NCBI GenBank assembly: GCA_963693365.1
Contig: CAVNZM010000017.1
Coordinates: 1,341,989-1,405,988 of the forward strand
From: Amoebidium appalachense
Taxonomy: Eukaryota > Protista > Ichthyosporea
Reading direction: 5' to 3'
Length of the DNA stretch: 64,000 nt
The first letter of the stretch is position 1. Every line of letters starts with the position of its first letter. This document shows positions 17,137 to 47,013 of this stretch, in pieces. The translations under genes and the position numbers were made by a program. The notes beneath the pieces are model-generated. The model saw only the letters and a program-made list of their open reading frames with translations. It ran no database searches and was not told where the DNA came from.

Positions 17137-18362
17137 TTATGGGAAGCCGGGGTTGAAGTTTGGTGCGTTGGCGCCGAAGGCAACAATCAAGCCTGCATTG
17201 AGCAGGAGGAGGCAGAGAGGGCCGAGCAGCTCCTCCCCACTGGCGCTACCATTCACATCAATGGCCATCGACTCACCAACATTCTCCGAACCGTTCTTTT
17301 CCTTGCTGTTGAAAGCACCAGCAGCAGCAGCAGCGGCGGCGGCCTGGGCCTCCTGCTCGGCCCTCTCTGCCTCCTCCTGCTCAATGCGACAGCACGCTTG
17401 CGGAAGTAGGGGACCACCACGAAGATGCACAGGAGGGTCACCACGGCAGTGGTGCCGAGAATGATGGCCAGCTGAATGCCGATGGGCTTCTGGTCGAGCT
17501 TGAGCGAGGGTGTACCCTTCTTGACCCAGAAGGCCGTGACGAGGGGGCTGGCGGCGGTACCGTAGATGGGGCAGGTCCACAGTGCACGCTGGAAGGCACT
17601 GGGAGCCTGCAGCACACCCCAGTCCACGACGCCAAGGCCGAAGGCAGACACACCCACGCCCAGAACGGCACCGACAATGGAGTGGGTGGTGGAGACGGGC
17701 ATGGCCCACTTGGTGGCCAGAATGACCCAGGAGGTGCTGCCGATCATGGCGCATGCATCATCGAGAACTGCAGGCGAGAGGGAGGGTGGGGACATGTTAG
17801 CACCAGTGTTGTGTACAAGCCTGAGTGAGTTACGGTAACCTTGCTGTACAGTGGATTCAGTGAGAGTGGCATACATAGTAGAGAAACGAATCAACGTAGA
17901 ACCTCGACAACGTTCGTAGAACTAATAAGGGGAAAATAGCAGAGAAAAGTTGAACACCGTGTAGGCCCGTTGGCGTTTAATCGTCCGATATTAATGTGGG
18001 AAAAAATGAATAATTTGATCCACCATGGAGCGTGACTGTTGTAGGCCCGTGCACAACCAAAAAGGGCACTCACCATCAGCAGGTCGGGGCGGCCATTGTA
18101 CAGCTTGATGGAGATGATGTCACCGGCAATGGTCTTGGCCGTGTTGCTGCCGAGGGCCACGGCGCCCAAGAACTCGGTGAACAGGGCAATGCAGCACGCC
18201 TGCTTGAGTGAGACGGTACCTGCACCCACAGCCGTGGCGAACGAGTTTGCGACGTTGTTAGCGCCAATGGAGAAGGCGTCAAAGAACGACACGATCATGG
18301 CCACCACGAAAATCCATTGCAAGGAATTCGGGGCCATCACCACCGGCCGTTCCGGAGACCAT
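17137..18362 (-). pseudogene. Inverted, internally deleted PiT pseudogene (copy 2)
   Basis: Exon 1 at 18362-18074, intron at 18073-17768. Defects: 4-bp insertion after codon 5 (early TGA), 2-bp insertion at the start of exon 2, GANDV>GANNV, deletion of YDKLGK..TKY, a 1-bp deletion, and loss of most of the C-terminal PHO4 domain. It still ends in ..APNFNPGFP*. Confidence 0.9.
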
Positions 18363-18752
18363 TTTCAGTGTGTTAAGCGTGTATGCACGCAGACAAGCTA
18401 GGACTGAGAGAACTGGACGCATGTGGTCACATTGTGGTGCCTATATATATCGTTCTCGGCATGTGCGTAAACAAATTCCGATTCGAAGATCTTCGCCATG
18501 TGCGTAGGCGGACGTTGATTGGACCACGAATGCTCCGACGAATCCTCAGCCCTCAGGCTGTCGTTCGAATTCCGAAGTTCTTTTCTTTTTGTAGCTAACC
18601 CTACACCCATTTCAGGCCCTAACAATTTCTTACATGGCCTCTATATTATTTACTTATTTTATTTTATATGCTAGACTGCTTAGATTTTTTTTCTGGAGAT
18701 GTTAACAGAAGAATGGGGCTAGAAACACAACCACAACATAACATTTAACCGG

Positions 18753-18781
18753 CACGTGGGGAGATTCGTCGATGCTATTGG
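18753..18781 (-). promoter_or_regulatory. CCAAT-N18-CACGTG composite element upstream of the PiT pseudogene
   Basis: Reverse complement reads CCAATAGCATCGACGAATCTCCCCACGTG. Confidence 0.7.
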
Positions 18782-19399
18782 CTGTTTACGCACCACAGAA
18801 ACCTCGGGTTTCGAAACTTTCGAAAGGGGCCCAGCTTTCCGATGCATCATGCATGGGGCATGCCGTGGCATGGGGCCATATATATGGTGAAAGGGTGAAC
18901 TCCCAACGCTACTGTATATTCCAATTCTATTCTTTCTTATGGCGACAGTTAGTACTAATATAGTGCACAAATACGTACGACACACGTGTGAGTGATGTTA
19001 CACACATGCTTGGCTCCAAGAATATCGCGAATATATTATTGATAGCGATGCTCCTGCGCAGGCAAGGTAACTTGATGAACCAAAAAAAGACAAGACCTTC
19101 GTTATATATGCATGAATTGATCGATGCTGCCCATCGTTTTCCCGGCCATCGACCACAGCGCAGCCGTATTAGTGAACCATCCCCCCCCCCCCCCCCCCCC
19201 CCCTCCCCCCGCCCCCTCCCCATTCCCCCCACCATCTCTTTGGCAAGCAGCCCCCCGCCCCCCTCACCCCCCCCCCCCCCCCGCCCCCTCCCCCGGGCCT
19301 CCGCACCTTCCCCCCCCCCCCCCCCCCCCCCTTCACACGTGTACACACACGGCCTCTCTCTCTTATTTGATATCACGAGCTTTTTTTTTCTTTGATTTG

Positions 19400-19720
<321 letters not shown>

Positions 19721-21132
19721 CTCTCTTTCTCCGAACTCTCCCTCTCGTCTCTCCTCCCCCTTCTCTTTCTTCTTCCCCCGCTACCTCTCTCCCTCTTTCC
19801 CTTTCAAACCTCTCTCTCTCTTCTCCTCCTCCCCCCTTCTCCCACTCTCTCCCTCTCTAGATCTCCCCCTCCTGCCCTCTTGCCCTCGTTCCCTCTCTCT
19901 CTAGCGCGAGCTCCATCCCGCCTTCCCCACCCCCACTTCTATCCCTCTCCAAATTCCCTCCCCTCTACCCCCCTCCCCCCCCCCCCCCCCCCCCTCCCCA
20001 CAGTAGTGCCATGCATAAAGCACAACTAATACACGAGAGAGCAACCGGAGTTGTCCATTTACGTGGAGTGAAGATTATACAACAACAACTCAGAAATATA
20101 TTTGCGCCTTCTACCCTTTTTGGTCACACCCATGCACCATCTCATCTCGCCTTAAACAAGGGAACCAATAAGATCCGATTTTGACGACGTACGGGCCAAA
20201 ACCCTCGACGCCTTAATTAATTTTCGGCACAACAGATACTTATTAAATAGCCCAAATAGATATATTAACGGATTGAATTCGACTCGTCTCTATTTGTGCA
20301 CAAAAATATTTACGAGTTGTATTGAAGCTCATCTACAGACACTATTTCTACAGATACCGTCCGCGAATAAGAACCCCCCAAAATGTGTCCGGGGGGCGGA
20401 ATCTTAAACTTTTTGGAGGGTCTGGGTAAGTTTCTAATAGTCAACACCCTCAAGCTGCGGTGAAGACACGTGCTGTCAAAGAGAATGCCACTAGAACCAG
20501 CACATCCAATCATATCATTTCTATGAATGGAATGGAATTTAGAGTTAAAGCAACTAATATGAGATCAACTCTCACACAACCATTGGTGAGACAAACTCTA
20601 GGGACCAAACAAAGAAACTACAAAGCTAGGCAACCAATTGCTATTATTTCACGTGCACAGTAAAAGAGAGGGGGTTAAAAGAAATGAACACAACAAATAT
20701 CCTAATTATCCAGGGGATCAACCAGGGCTACACGGATCTACAGATATCCGTGAACACAGACACAATGGAGAAGGAGGGAAAGAGAGATATGCGTGGAGGG
20801 GGGGGGGGGGGGGGGGGGGGGTCGGGGGGCGGGGAGAAATGTTGGGGGGGGGGGGGGGGGGGGGTGGGTGGGGGGGAGGGGGGAGGGGGGAAGGGAGGGA
20901 GGGAGAAAGAGGAAGGCACAAAGAGAGAAACAAGAAATAGAACAGAAGATGAACACAATTCAAACTAAGCATACATGTTCATATCACATACTTCAAAGCT
21001 CTTGCTGTTAATCGCCAAAAGGTATTCCAACACACACACCGTGACACATACAGACACACAGACTCACACACACACACACACACACATACACACACACACA
21101 CACTCTCTCTCTCTCTCTTGCTCTCTCTCTCG

Positions 21133-21178
<46 letters not shown>

Positions 21179-22302
21179 CTCTCTCTCTTAGCTCTCTCTC
21201 TCTCTCTCTCTCTCTCTGTATGTGTGTGTGTGTGTGTGTGTGTACCGCTCTCTCTATCTCTCTCCCCCACCCCCCCCCCCCCCCTCTCTTCCTCTCTCTC
21301 TCCCCCCAACCCCCCCCCCCCCCTCTCTTCTGTCTCTCTCCCTCTCCCCCCCCCGCCCCCCCCCCCTCTCTCCCTCCCCCTCTTTCTGACGCACATCTGC
21401 CATCACCGATATATTCACTAATATCTCGGCATTAGGATTGAAGATCATGATACCAAGCAGGGATAGCTGCCAACTCCCCCCTCCCCCCCCCCCCCTCCCC
21501 CCCCCCCCCCCCCAACCCCCCTTCCCTACCCCCCCCCCCCCCCCCCCCACCCTCCCCTCCTCCCGGCTCCCCCTATCTACCCCCCCCCCTCCCCTGGGGG
21601 GGGGCATATCATCATCAGTGGCTAAAACGGCACTGAAATATGACTCTGTCCACCATAAGAAAAACCACTCTGGCTAAGGGCAGGAGAGGGCCCGTGAAAT
21701 ATTAATATATATTGATAGAGGCTGACACCCAACTTTGACATCAAATGCAAATATGCGCTCCGTCAAATCTTGTTTACTACCGTTTTTTTCTCTTTCTTTC
21801 TTTTTTTTTTTTTTTGACATTTTAGTCCTGGACCATAATATTACCGTTTATCTTGCAGGTACCAACCCCCAAGAGTAACGTTAACGTTGAGCTGCTGGTT
21901 CAGTCCCATGAAAATACCTTTTTGTAAAATTTGGAATCAAAAATACCGGTGTTCGAAAAATGCTCACTCGGACTTAGTCTACTTACTATCAGTATTCGGA
22001 GATCAGTTAAGATTTGATATACTTAGTCTATCCAAACTAATGCAAACTCAACCCCCAAATATGTTTACTACCGGATTCACCCCCAAGGTTTAAGTCGTTG
22101 TTGATGGGGGTTTCTTTCAGCATAATAAATCCGGGTCGGTTCAGACCCAAATATGAATCAGCCAAAAAAACTCCCATTTACTCTCTTTCACTCTCTGAGA
22201 CTCTCTCTCTCTCACTCACTCACTCTCACTCTCTCTCTCTCTCACTCTCACTCTCACTCTCACTCTAACTCTCACTCACACACACACACACACACACACA
22301 CA

Positions 22303-22445
<143 letters not shown>

Positions 22446-22464
22446 TTCTCCGAGTCTATGTCTT

Positions 22465-22497
<33 letters not shown>

Positions 22498-22652
22498 ATC
22501 TGTCTCTCTCTGTCTCTGTCTCTCTCTTTCTATCTCTCTCTCTGTGAGAGAGAGATAGAGTGTGTGTGTGTGTCACTGACTGTCTGTCTCGGCTCTCTCG
22601 CTCTCCCGCTCACTCAATTGGTCTCTCTTCGAGGCTCTCTCTCTCTCTCTCT

Positions 22653-22712
<60 letters not shown>

Positions 22713-22749
22713 GTCTCTCTCTCTCACTCTCTCTCCCCCCCCTAGATCT

Positions 22750-22876
<127 letters not shown>

Positions 22877-23439
22877 CCCCCCCCCCCCCCCCCCCCCTCC
22901 CCGGCGACCCTTCGACCCCTCTCTCTCAGATGTTTGAGTTAATGTTATAATGCACGCGTACGTTAACCACTACAGTGAATATGTAATCATATATATCATG
23001 ATTTGGATGGCCACGTCGGTGTGCACGTACACACACAATACCGGGGTGCCAACCGGTGTGTCTGTCTGAACGGCGCAAACAGCGCCGTCTAATGCCCATG
23101 CATGTTACGTGGTGCTGAAGTTAACGTTCGCGATCGGTTCAACGGCCTGCCAGTCTATAGTCTGCGACGTACCCGCCGTTCGTTTGCGGCACAGGTTGAT
23201 CGGTAAACGCGTATGATGGCATGTCACGGTATACGTAACTACCCCCCCCCCCCCCCCCCCTCCTCCTCCTCCTTCTCTTCCCCCCCCCCCCCCCCCCCCT
23301 GCGAGCCTCCCCCCCCCCCCCCCCCCCCCCCGCTCCATCGGTCGGTGAGTGTACATATGTATGTATGCATGCATATGTCGACGATACAAGTTGAACGGCA
23401 CTGTACCTCCCCCCTCCCCCCCCCCCCCCCCCCCCCCTC

Positions 23440-23487
<48 letters not shown>

Positions 23488-23832
23488 CTTTCCCCTTCTC
23501 CCCCCTCCATCCCCAGGCCCGGCAACTCCAAAAAAAACAACCACCATATGCTCGAGTCAACAACAACAGTTACTTGGCAAAAAATTGTTCCAACGTTGCA
23601 AGCGTTTTATTTGCGCATTGTCATCGGATAGAACCATTTCAGTTTATTAACCTTGCATGAATATTAGGTCGTTCGTTGATGGAAGTGACTCATTAGTAAG
23701 CAAAATTCACCACTTCAGGGCCTTCAGGCCATGCGTGACACATGTTCTTTTGGTTTGTGTTGTGATGAATTTTTGAAACTCGTTCGATTTATTCGAATCT
23801 TGCTCCCAGAGACTTAATTGGTGCGCTGATAG

Positions 23833-23861
23833 CCAATAGGCTCGCCGTTTGTCCCCACGTG
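23833..23861 (+). promoter_or_regulatory. CCAAT-N18-CACGTG composite element upstream of PiT copy 3
   Basis: CCAATAGGCTCGCCGTTTGTCCCCACGTG about 1 kb upstream of the ATG. Confidence 0.65.
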
Positions 23862-24868
23862 GCAGGGTTTGAACTAGCAGGCCGTGCCACTGCCTTCTCG
23901 TTTTGAGCATATTTCCATATCTTGGCATTTCAGAGGCTGAAGGAGTTAGTAGTGCATACAAAATTATTATTATATATTTTAAGCTCCATAAAAAAGGAAG
24001 GAAAGCTTATGGATGTGATTAACCCACTTATATATGAGCGAATATGTCAAGTGTCAACGCTTCCTTGGTTGGTAAGGGCGAAGCGAAATAGATTGGGACC
24101 TTTGGGTAGTTAGACATTGCAACCCCTGCAAATCGATCATGGGACGCCCAATCGGAGTTTACCACAGGATCCCCCAAAACTTCCTATTGTGGGGCGCGTC
24201 GTATGTGTGTAACCATTTTTTCTTTCAAATCGGGTTTATTGATCCGTTGATGAAGGCAACGTGCAGCCACAGGCTACATAACCACCAATAGAACTGACCA
24301 AAGCTACGAAATAAAAATAAAGCGACAAGTGACAAAGGACACCAGCGGGCAAAACCGTAAGTGTACAACGTGTATGCGTGAAACTAGTTTGGTCCAACTA
24401 GTCATATGCATCGATGTTGACCAGACCACACTCTGCAAGAAGACATCATTACTGCTCCTTAAGCCCAACATGTGTAACCATGCTCCAGGGAATTTGAGAC
24501 CCCATTTCCATATCTGTGTAACAGTATGTAACTAGTAACTACGGAAAATGGAGCTTTGTTATACCAGAATACCCCTCTTTAGTGTAAGACTAATGATTTT
24601 AACTATATGTAGGACCACATCCAGTCCTACGTCTGTAACGGAATCTTGCGTGGCCCAAATCCCGAAACTGGATAATCGTAAATCCGCTAGTACACACATA
24701 CGACTTGCCCCACACATATGAGTTTTGGGGGACCTATAGGAATCCGAAACAGCCAATCAGCGCTTGTTCTCGCATCTGTTTACAAACTATAAGAAGAGAC
24801 CACATGTATTTTGATCCCTCAGTCATAACTTTTCATCCGTGCGTGCACTCACGCATAACACTCTGAAA

Positions 24869-26700
24869 ATGGTCTCCGGAACGGTGGTGATGGAGCCGAA
24901 TTCCTTGCAATGGATTTTCGTGCTGGCCATGATTGTGTCGTTCTTTGACGCCTTCTCCATTGGCGCCAACGACGTCGCAAACTCGTTCGCTACGGCTGTG
25001 GGTGCCGGTACACTCTCGCTCAAGCAGGCGTGCTGCATTGCCCTGTTCACCGAGTTCTTGGGCGCCGTGGCCCTCGGCAGCAACACGGCCAAGACCATTG
25101 CCGGTGACATCATCTCCATCAAGCTGTACAATGGCCGCCCCGACCTGCTGATGGTGAGCGCGCCTTTTTGCCCGTGCCAGCGACTGTTGGATTCCTCGTC
25201 CGGATTTCTCGTCTGGGCCCACATTGAATCCTTGCACGTTAACTACCTTCTCCCCTACGGTTTCCCCCCCTTAGATTCTACTTTGCTTCCTTTTTTTCTC
25301 CTATGTTATGGGCCGAGCAGAATAATTTGAACTCCTAATTGTAACTAGACTAACATTTCCCTTCCCATTCCCCCCTGCAGTTCTCGATGATGTGCGCCAT
25401 GATCGGCAGCACCTCGTGGGTCATTATGGCCACCCGCATGGCCATGCCCGTCTCCACCACCCACTCCATTGTCGGTGCCGTTCTGGGCGTGGGTGTGTCT
25501 GCCTTCGGCCTTGGCGTCGTGGACTGGGGCTATGACAAGCTGGGCAAGATTCTCATCTCGTTTGCCATCTCCCCAGCCATTGCTGGTGCCTTTGCGTCCA
25601 TCATTTTCCTCATCACCAAGTACGGTGTGCTGCAGGCTCCCAATGCCTTCGAGCGCGCCCTGTGGTCCTGCCCCATCTATGGTGCCGCCACTAGCGCCCT
25701 CGTCATGGCCTTCTGGGTCAAGAAGGGTACCCCCTCGCTCAAGCTCGACCAGAAGCCCATCGGCATTCAGCTGGCCATCATTCTCGGCACCACTGCCGTG
25801 GTGACCCTCTTGTGCATCTTCGTGGTGGTCCCCTACTTCCGCAAGCGTGCTGTCCGCATTGAGCAGGAGGAGGCCGAGAAGGCCGAGCGCCAGGCTCAGG
25901 CTGCTGCCGCTGCTGCTGCGGGTGTCGCTGACAGGAAGGGCAAGGACGATACTATTGGGGAGTCGATGGCCATTGATGTGAATGGTAGCTCCAGCGGGGA
26001 GGAGCAGGCGCCTGCCTTCAGCAACGACAAGGCCGGGTTCCTCAAGCACTGGGCAAACAAGACCATCCTCAGCGGTGTCAACAAGGAGGTGGCCCACTAC
26101 AAGACCGAGGGCAAGGGCAACATGGTGGACATGACCGACGCCCACGCCCGCGCCACCAAGTACGACCCCAAGGCCGAGAATGTGTTCAAGTTCGTGCAGG
26201 TCTTCACGTCTTCCATGGCCTCCTTTGCCCACGGTGCCAACGATGTCGGTAACGCCATTGCCCCCCTAGCCACTGTCTACTACATCTACAAGAACGGCAT
26301 TGTGCCTGCCGGTGCCGTTCCCGTGCAAACCTGGATGCTTGCCTATGGTGGTGCCGGTATCAACCTCGGTCTCCTGCTGTACGGCTACCACATCATGCGC
26401 TCGCTCGGTAACAACATCACCTACCACTCGCCCTCGCGTGGGTTTGCCATGGAGCTGGGTGCGTCTGTCACGGTGCTGACTGCGGCCTACAACGGTCTGC
26501 CCGTGTCGTCGACCCACTGCATTGCCGGGGCCACGGCGGCGGTCGGTTTGTGCAACGGCGATGCCAAGGCCATCAACTGGAGAATGGTGGCTGTGTGCGT
26601 TTTCGGCTGGCTGCTCACCCTGCCCCTTGCCGGTACCATTGCAGGCTTGATTGTTGCCTTCGGCGCCAATGCACCAAACTTCAACCCCGGCTTCCCATAA
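24869..26700 (+). CDS. PiT (SLC20/Pho89-like) Na+/phosphate symporter, copy 3, 534 aa
   Basis: Exons 24869-25153 and 25381-26700. Same motifs as copy 1, with 6 amino-acid differences by eye. Confidence 0.95.
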
Positions 26701-27360
26701 GTATGTCTGTACCCATTCAATAGATAATGTTTACACCAACCTAGCATAGTAAACTTCGAATGTACTTAATTAGTATGGTCTGACCGGCACGGCAGCCTTG
26801 GGCACTTAATCTTGATCGCCTATTGTATGATGTGGTGAAATGCAAGTGGAGCCTGTGGAAAAGAGTCAACTTGTAGTGATTGTAGCATTGTAACACACAG
26901 AAGATGGTGGTCCATGTACAGTATTTACGGGAGCCTGGCTGGTTCAGGCCAACGTGTCGGTGTGCATGACATGTAGCTAGCTACATGTACATGCATCTGG
27001 GGATGGTATTTGCAACTTACAACAATACACTGTGGTTTCCAAACGGGAGTATTCTTTTCTTTTGCAGTCTCCGCTGAGTCAGACGTTCCCCCATTGATCC
27101 CTCCACCAGTTTTCCCCACTTTGCAACTCAACCAACAGAACTTTTATGTCAAAGTTTAAACAGTATCCCCGAGCTTCCCTGTTTCTTCAAACACACTATC
27201 TGCCCCTCTCTCTTTTCTCCAATCTACCTAGGCCTCTCTCTCTTCACCTCCGACTCTCTCTTTCTCCTCCCTTCCCTCTCCCTCTCTATAGAGATCTTTC
27301 AGAATCTCTCTCTTTCTCTCTCTGAGTCACGCTCTCTCTCTCCCTCCGTCCCTATCTCTC

Positions 27361-27393
<33 letters not shown>

Positions 27394-27499
27394 CCCCCCT
27401 CGGTCACCGCCTTTTCAGCTCTCACTCTCTCTCACCCCTCTCTCCCTCTAGCCCCTACTCCAAAGTCATCACGGAAAACCACACACACGTTTCATGTGT

Positions 27500-27765
27500 T
27501 CTTACATGTGCTCTATATGATTGCACGAGTTGTTTACGTGTGCTTTATGTACTGATTGCACGAGTTGTTTACATGTGTTTTATGTACTGATTGCACGTGT
27601 TCAACATGTGCTTTATGTACTGATTGCACGTGTTGTTTTGTTTACATGTGCTTTATGTACTGATTCAATGTGTTGTTTACATGTGCTTTTTTTACTGATT
27701 GCACACGTTGTTTACATGTGCTTTGTGTGCTGATTCTATGTGTTGTTTACATGTGCTTTTGTACT
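27500..27765. repeat. ~35 bp minisatellite
   Basis: About 7 copies of TGATTGCACG(A/T)GTTGTTTACATGTGCTTTATGTAC. Confidence 0.9.
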
Positions 27766-28870
27766 TTAACAGCTGTGCATGTGTGGTACCGCCTCCCCAT
27801 CTGAGCCCACTTGCAACATCCTAGGCCTAGCCTAAGGACGTGTGTTACTCTGACAGTGTGGAAATTGTACTGTATGTTATGTTACAATCCAGAGGTGTGT
27901 GTGTGTGTACATGTGTGTGTGTGTGTGTGTGTATGTGTGTGTGTGTGTGTGTGTAACGTGGTTGAGTGCGCACACGTGTGTGCGCTCGTGTGCCGGTGTG
28001 CGTGTGTGGACGGGAGATTGTATGTGTGACTGCGTGTTTATCACACTGTGTTACTCGTTTGTCTGACCGTGTGTATATGTGCATGTGTGAAAGTGTTTGT
28101 CTCTGTGCATACATACGTGTTTGCCGTGTGCGAGTGTTAGTCTTGTGCTTGCTTATAAGAGTGCTTGTGCGCATGCGCATACGTGTGCATACAGGTGTGT
28201 ATCGGTGTTTGTGTGGCTTTTTTTTTGTGTGTGTGCCGGGTGATTTTTTTTTTTTTTGGGGGGGGGGGGGATCCATATGCTTTTTGAGTTGCAGCCATGT
28301 ATTTTATTCCGATACGAAATATCCGAAACTGGCCTTATTGCCAGCTGGCGCACACAGAAAGGGATGTGTGCATATGCTGATACGTGTTTACAAATCTATG
28401 GTCAATATGTGCAAATTCAAACATGAAAATTGTGCAAGGCATACACAAAACGAAAAAAAAGAAAAATCCGAAACAACTATATAGGGGAAGAAGAAAGGAA
28501 ACGATGCAGGATTGGGTGGAAACAATTACTCAACTGAACAAAACCACATCGATCAACACAAAGTAAATGCAAGTCCTGCGCCACTATGTGGTACACAGGG
28601 AAAAAAGAAATGCTTACTTTTAGATATTTAAAGATATCCCAATTCCAAAACTTTTAAACTATACGTATACATCATGTGCGGGTCATTCCCCCAGTCCTTA
28701 TCATAAAACCTAAACGATTCAGTGAGAATGTACACTTTGGGAAGCCCCCATTCTAATGCTCTGGCCATGTACATGCACACCGTGCATGCATGTTGTGCAC
28801 GCCTGTGCGTGAGCTTGTGTTTGTATACATGTACGTGTATGTGCCTGTATACGCGCATGTGTGTGTGTGT

Positions 28871-28913
<43 letters not shown>

Positions 28914-29170
28914 CGCGTGCGCGCGTGTGTGATTGTGTATGTGTGTGTGTGCATGCTGCATGTGTCGGCCTATGCCTATACACACATCGGTGCACGCTTT
29001 GCCCTCCCTCCCCTCCCTTTAAACTTTCCCCCCCCCCTCCCCATCCCTAACAGGGAACAAAACACCACCAGACACACACACATGCACACACACACTCACT
29101 CTCTTGAAACACTTGCAGTTCTCAACACCATCATGCCCACAGCACTTAAAGCACAACACGAACTGTGTGC

Positions 29171-44457
<15,287 letters not shown>

Positions 44458-44905
44458 TTTTGCCTGCCAGAATCTCTGTTAGCAACCATGCAATCGCCAG
44501 AAACAAAAGATCTTTTAATTCCTATCCCTGGTTGCTTAACCATGTCCGCCCTCACTCTCTCTCCCTTACCAGCTGATAAACCACAAACACGAACAAAAAA
44601 CAGAGTTCCTATCGTAAACACACCTGTATGTATGGAGGTACGGATGGAACCAAGAAACACAAGACTTGTGTTTCTCGTTTCTTTCCGGGAGATGAGAAGG
44701 GAAATCCTTTTTCCCAAAACTCTATAATCACGGCTCCGCTCTCTCCCAAACACGAACAGCTGTTTCCGTTCTTTTGCCTTCCTGTGACGTCATGCCGAGG
44801 ACTTCTCGAAAACCATGCGGTGGTGGGCCAAGGCGATCGATAGATATGCTCTATTTAGAGAGGCTTGATCTATTTCTGGTTTCCCGCCAAAAAAAATTAA
44901 ATTGC

Positions 44906-44940
<35 letters not shown>

Positions 44941-45312
44941 GCTGGCGCCGGCTGCCGGCTGTGGCGCCGGATTGGACTCCCGAGGTTTCGGAGCTTGCAT
45001 AAAGAGTCGAGGATGACATGTTTTGGGAAAATGGTTGTGAGCGATCATAATGAGCGTGAACCCCCGTGCGTGCATAACCTACTGGGTTACTCAACACGCT
45101 ACACACCAGGCGAGAGGGCCTCCAGGGTTTGATATCACGCTTGTTTAGCTGTTGATTTCTCTTGGTTCGTACACCCAAAGACATTCCAATGAGTCTGCTC
45201 AACTGTGCCCACGTGGACACTGCCCCACGGGCTGTCCCACACAAGGGCACATACTCCATTATTGGGCATCACCGTTTATTGGTTAGAATTCGAAGTCGAT
45301 CGGATAAATAAC

Positions 45313-45343
<31 letters not shown>

Positions 45344-46021
45344 GGTTATGTACATCTTGGGGGCAGTAACAAAAGCGCCCAATTGCAATGCATGAATAAT
45401 AAAAGTGCCCAATAGAATTCGGTGCATAAATATGCCCACTTGATGTCCTTTTCGTAAGCCTTGGCTTTATATAGATTTGTGGTATTCATGCAGAGTAAAA
45501 CACCCCACGCCGTATACACTTCAAGTTGCTGAGTTGCAAAAAAAAAAAAAAAAAAAAAAAGTAAAAAAAACCTAGAAGAACACAAAGAAAAAAAGAAAGA
45601 ATTGACAAGAAGAAGAGAGAAGAAAGGGAAGTTGCCCCCTCACCATTTTTCTGCCGCGCCTAATTCCACAAATTGAAGGGTGGGCTAGAAACACACAGAA
45701 GCTTGTAGCAAAACAGCTACTTAGTCAACTACACTGGAAGAACATTCGCGAGCCAAACTACACACCCAGAAAAAAATTTATCACTGATTCTGGGGTAGCC
45801 ATAGAATGCACGTTGGTCTACAAGAACAAAACATTTGGTTAAACTTCCAATGATAGTACACACGCATGATACAGTACTTATAAGAAGTACAAAGAAGCTA
45901 TAGAACTACGACATAAGCTTTAGAACTCATCATCCCTCTATGTTTTTGAATTCACACACTTGATCGCCAGTCCGTATAATCTGAATCCAGCAAAGGTGCC
46001 TTCAAGCTTCCTGGCTGTAAA

Positions 46022-46981
46022 TTATTCGGTAGCAGGTTGGGGCTGAACCTTTGGTGTCGACCCCCTGCGCATGCGTAGTTCCACAAGGTACTCTCCCATC
46101 ACCCCAACAACACAGTTCTGTGGTCACAGTTAATGGGTTAGCATAGCATGATGGCAGGTGTTACCCAGTCAAAATTAGCCAGTTATTTACGCGCCATTTT
46201 TGGCAGGTGGCTAACCATAAAAAGTTAGTTTTGTCCCCTTGCTGGCTAACTTTTTTGGCAGGCAGCGCTGTTATTTCTACAAAACAACATAGTAAAGATT
46301 ATAAGCTTTCAGAAATATATAGCTAACAGCCAAAAACGCTCTTGGGGGGTGATAACGTGGCTACAAACTCGGCCAGTCCCAAAAACCATTATGCTGGTTA
46401 GCACAGTTACCCCCGGACGGTTGAATGGAGACAGACCCCAAAATAATAATGAGAGAGGCAGGAGAGCTCAGAGCTGGTGACATGAAAAGGGAGAGAATGG
46501 TGTTATAATGGGAGAGACCATGGGGAGTGAGGAGAAATTTTTGATGGGAGAGCTAGAGGTCTAAAATGAATCAAGGAGACATCGATATTATAAAGTTTGG
46601 CTGATAATGGGAGATATGCTAATGCCATAGTGGGAGAGAAATTAGTATCATGCTCAGAGAGCTGTTGAAATAATTCGAAGAAGAAATAAACTCAGAGAAG
46701 TTGTGTTGAAAAAAATTCGAAGAAAAGAAACTCTAAGAGTTGTGGATACCCCCAAAAAGGGAAGGGCCTGATGTGGGACACGAAAAGGGAGAGTGGGGGC
46801 GGGGGGCGGAAAGTGCCCGCACAGAGGGGAGGGGGGAAGGGGAGGGGGGGGGGGGGGGGGGGAGAAGGAGAGCGAAGGGATATTTGCAAGATATGGATAT
46901 TTGCAAGATATGCCTGTCCAATGGTATGTCTAAGTGCTTGTGGATGGACGGGGGGAGGGGGAGGGGGGGGGGGGGGGGAGG

Positions 46982-47013
<32 letters not shown>

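Noticed and set aside
27500-27765. CRISPR-like array
   Set aside because: The units are contiguous without unique spacers, the context is eukaryotic and there are no cas genes.
46461-46665. Second hAT-like MITE with GGGAGAG repeats
   Set aside because: The TIR match is poor and the flanking GAGAGCT repeat may be part of the internal motif.
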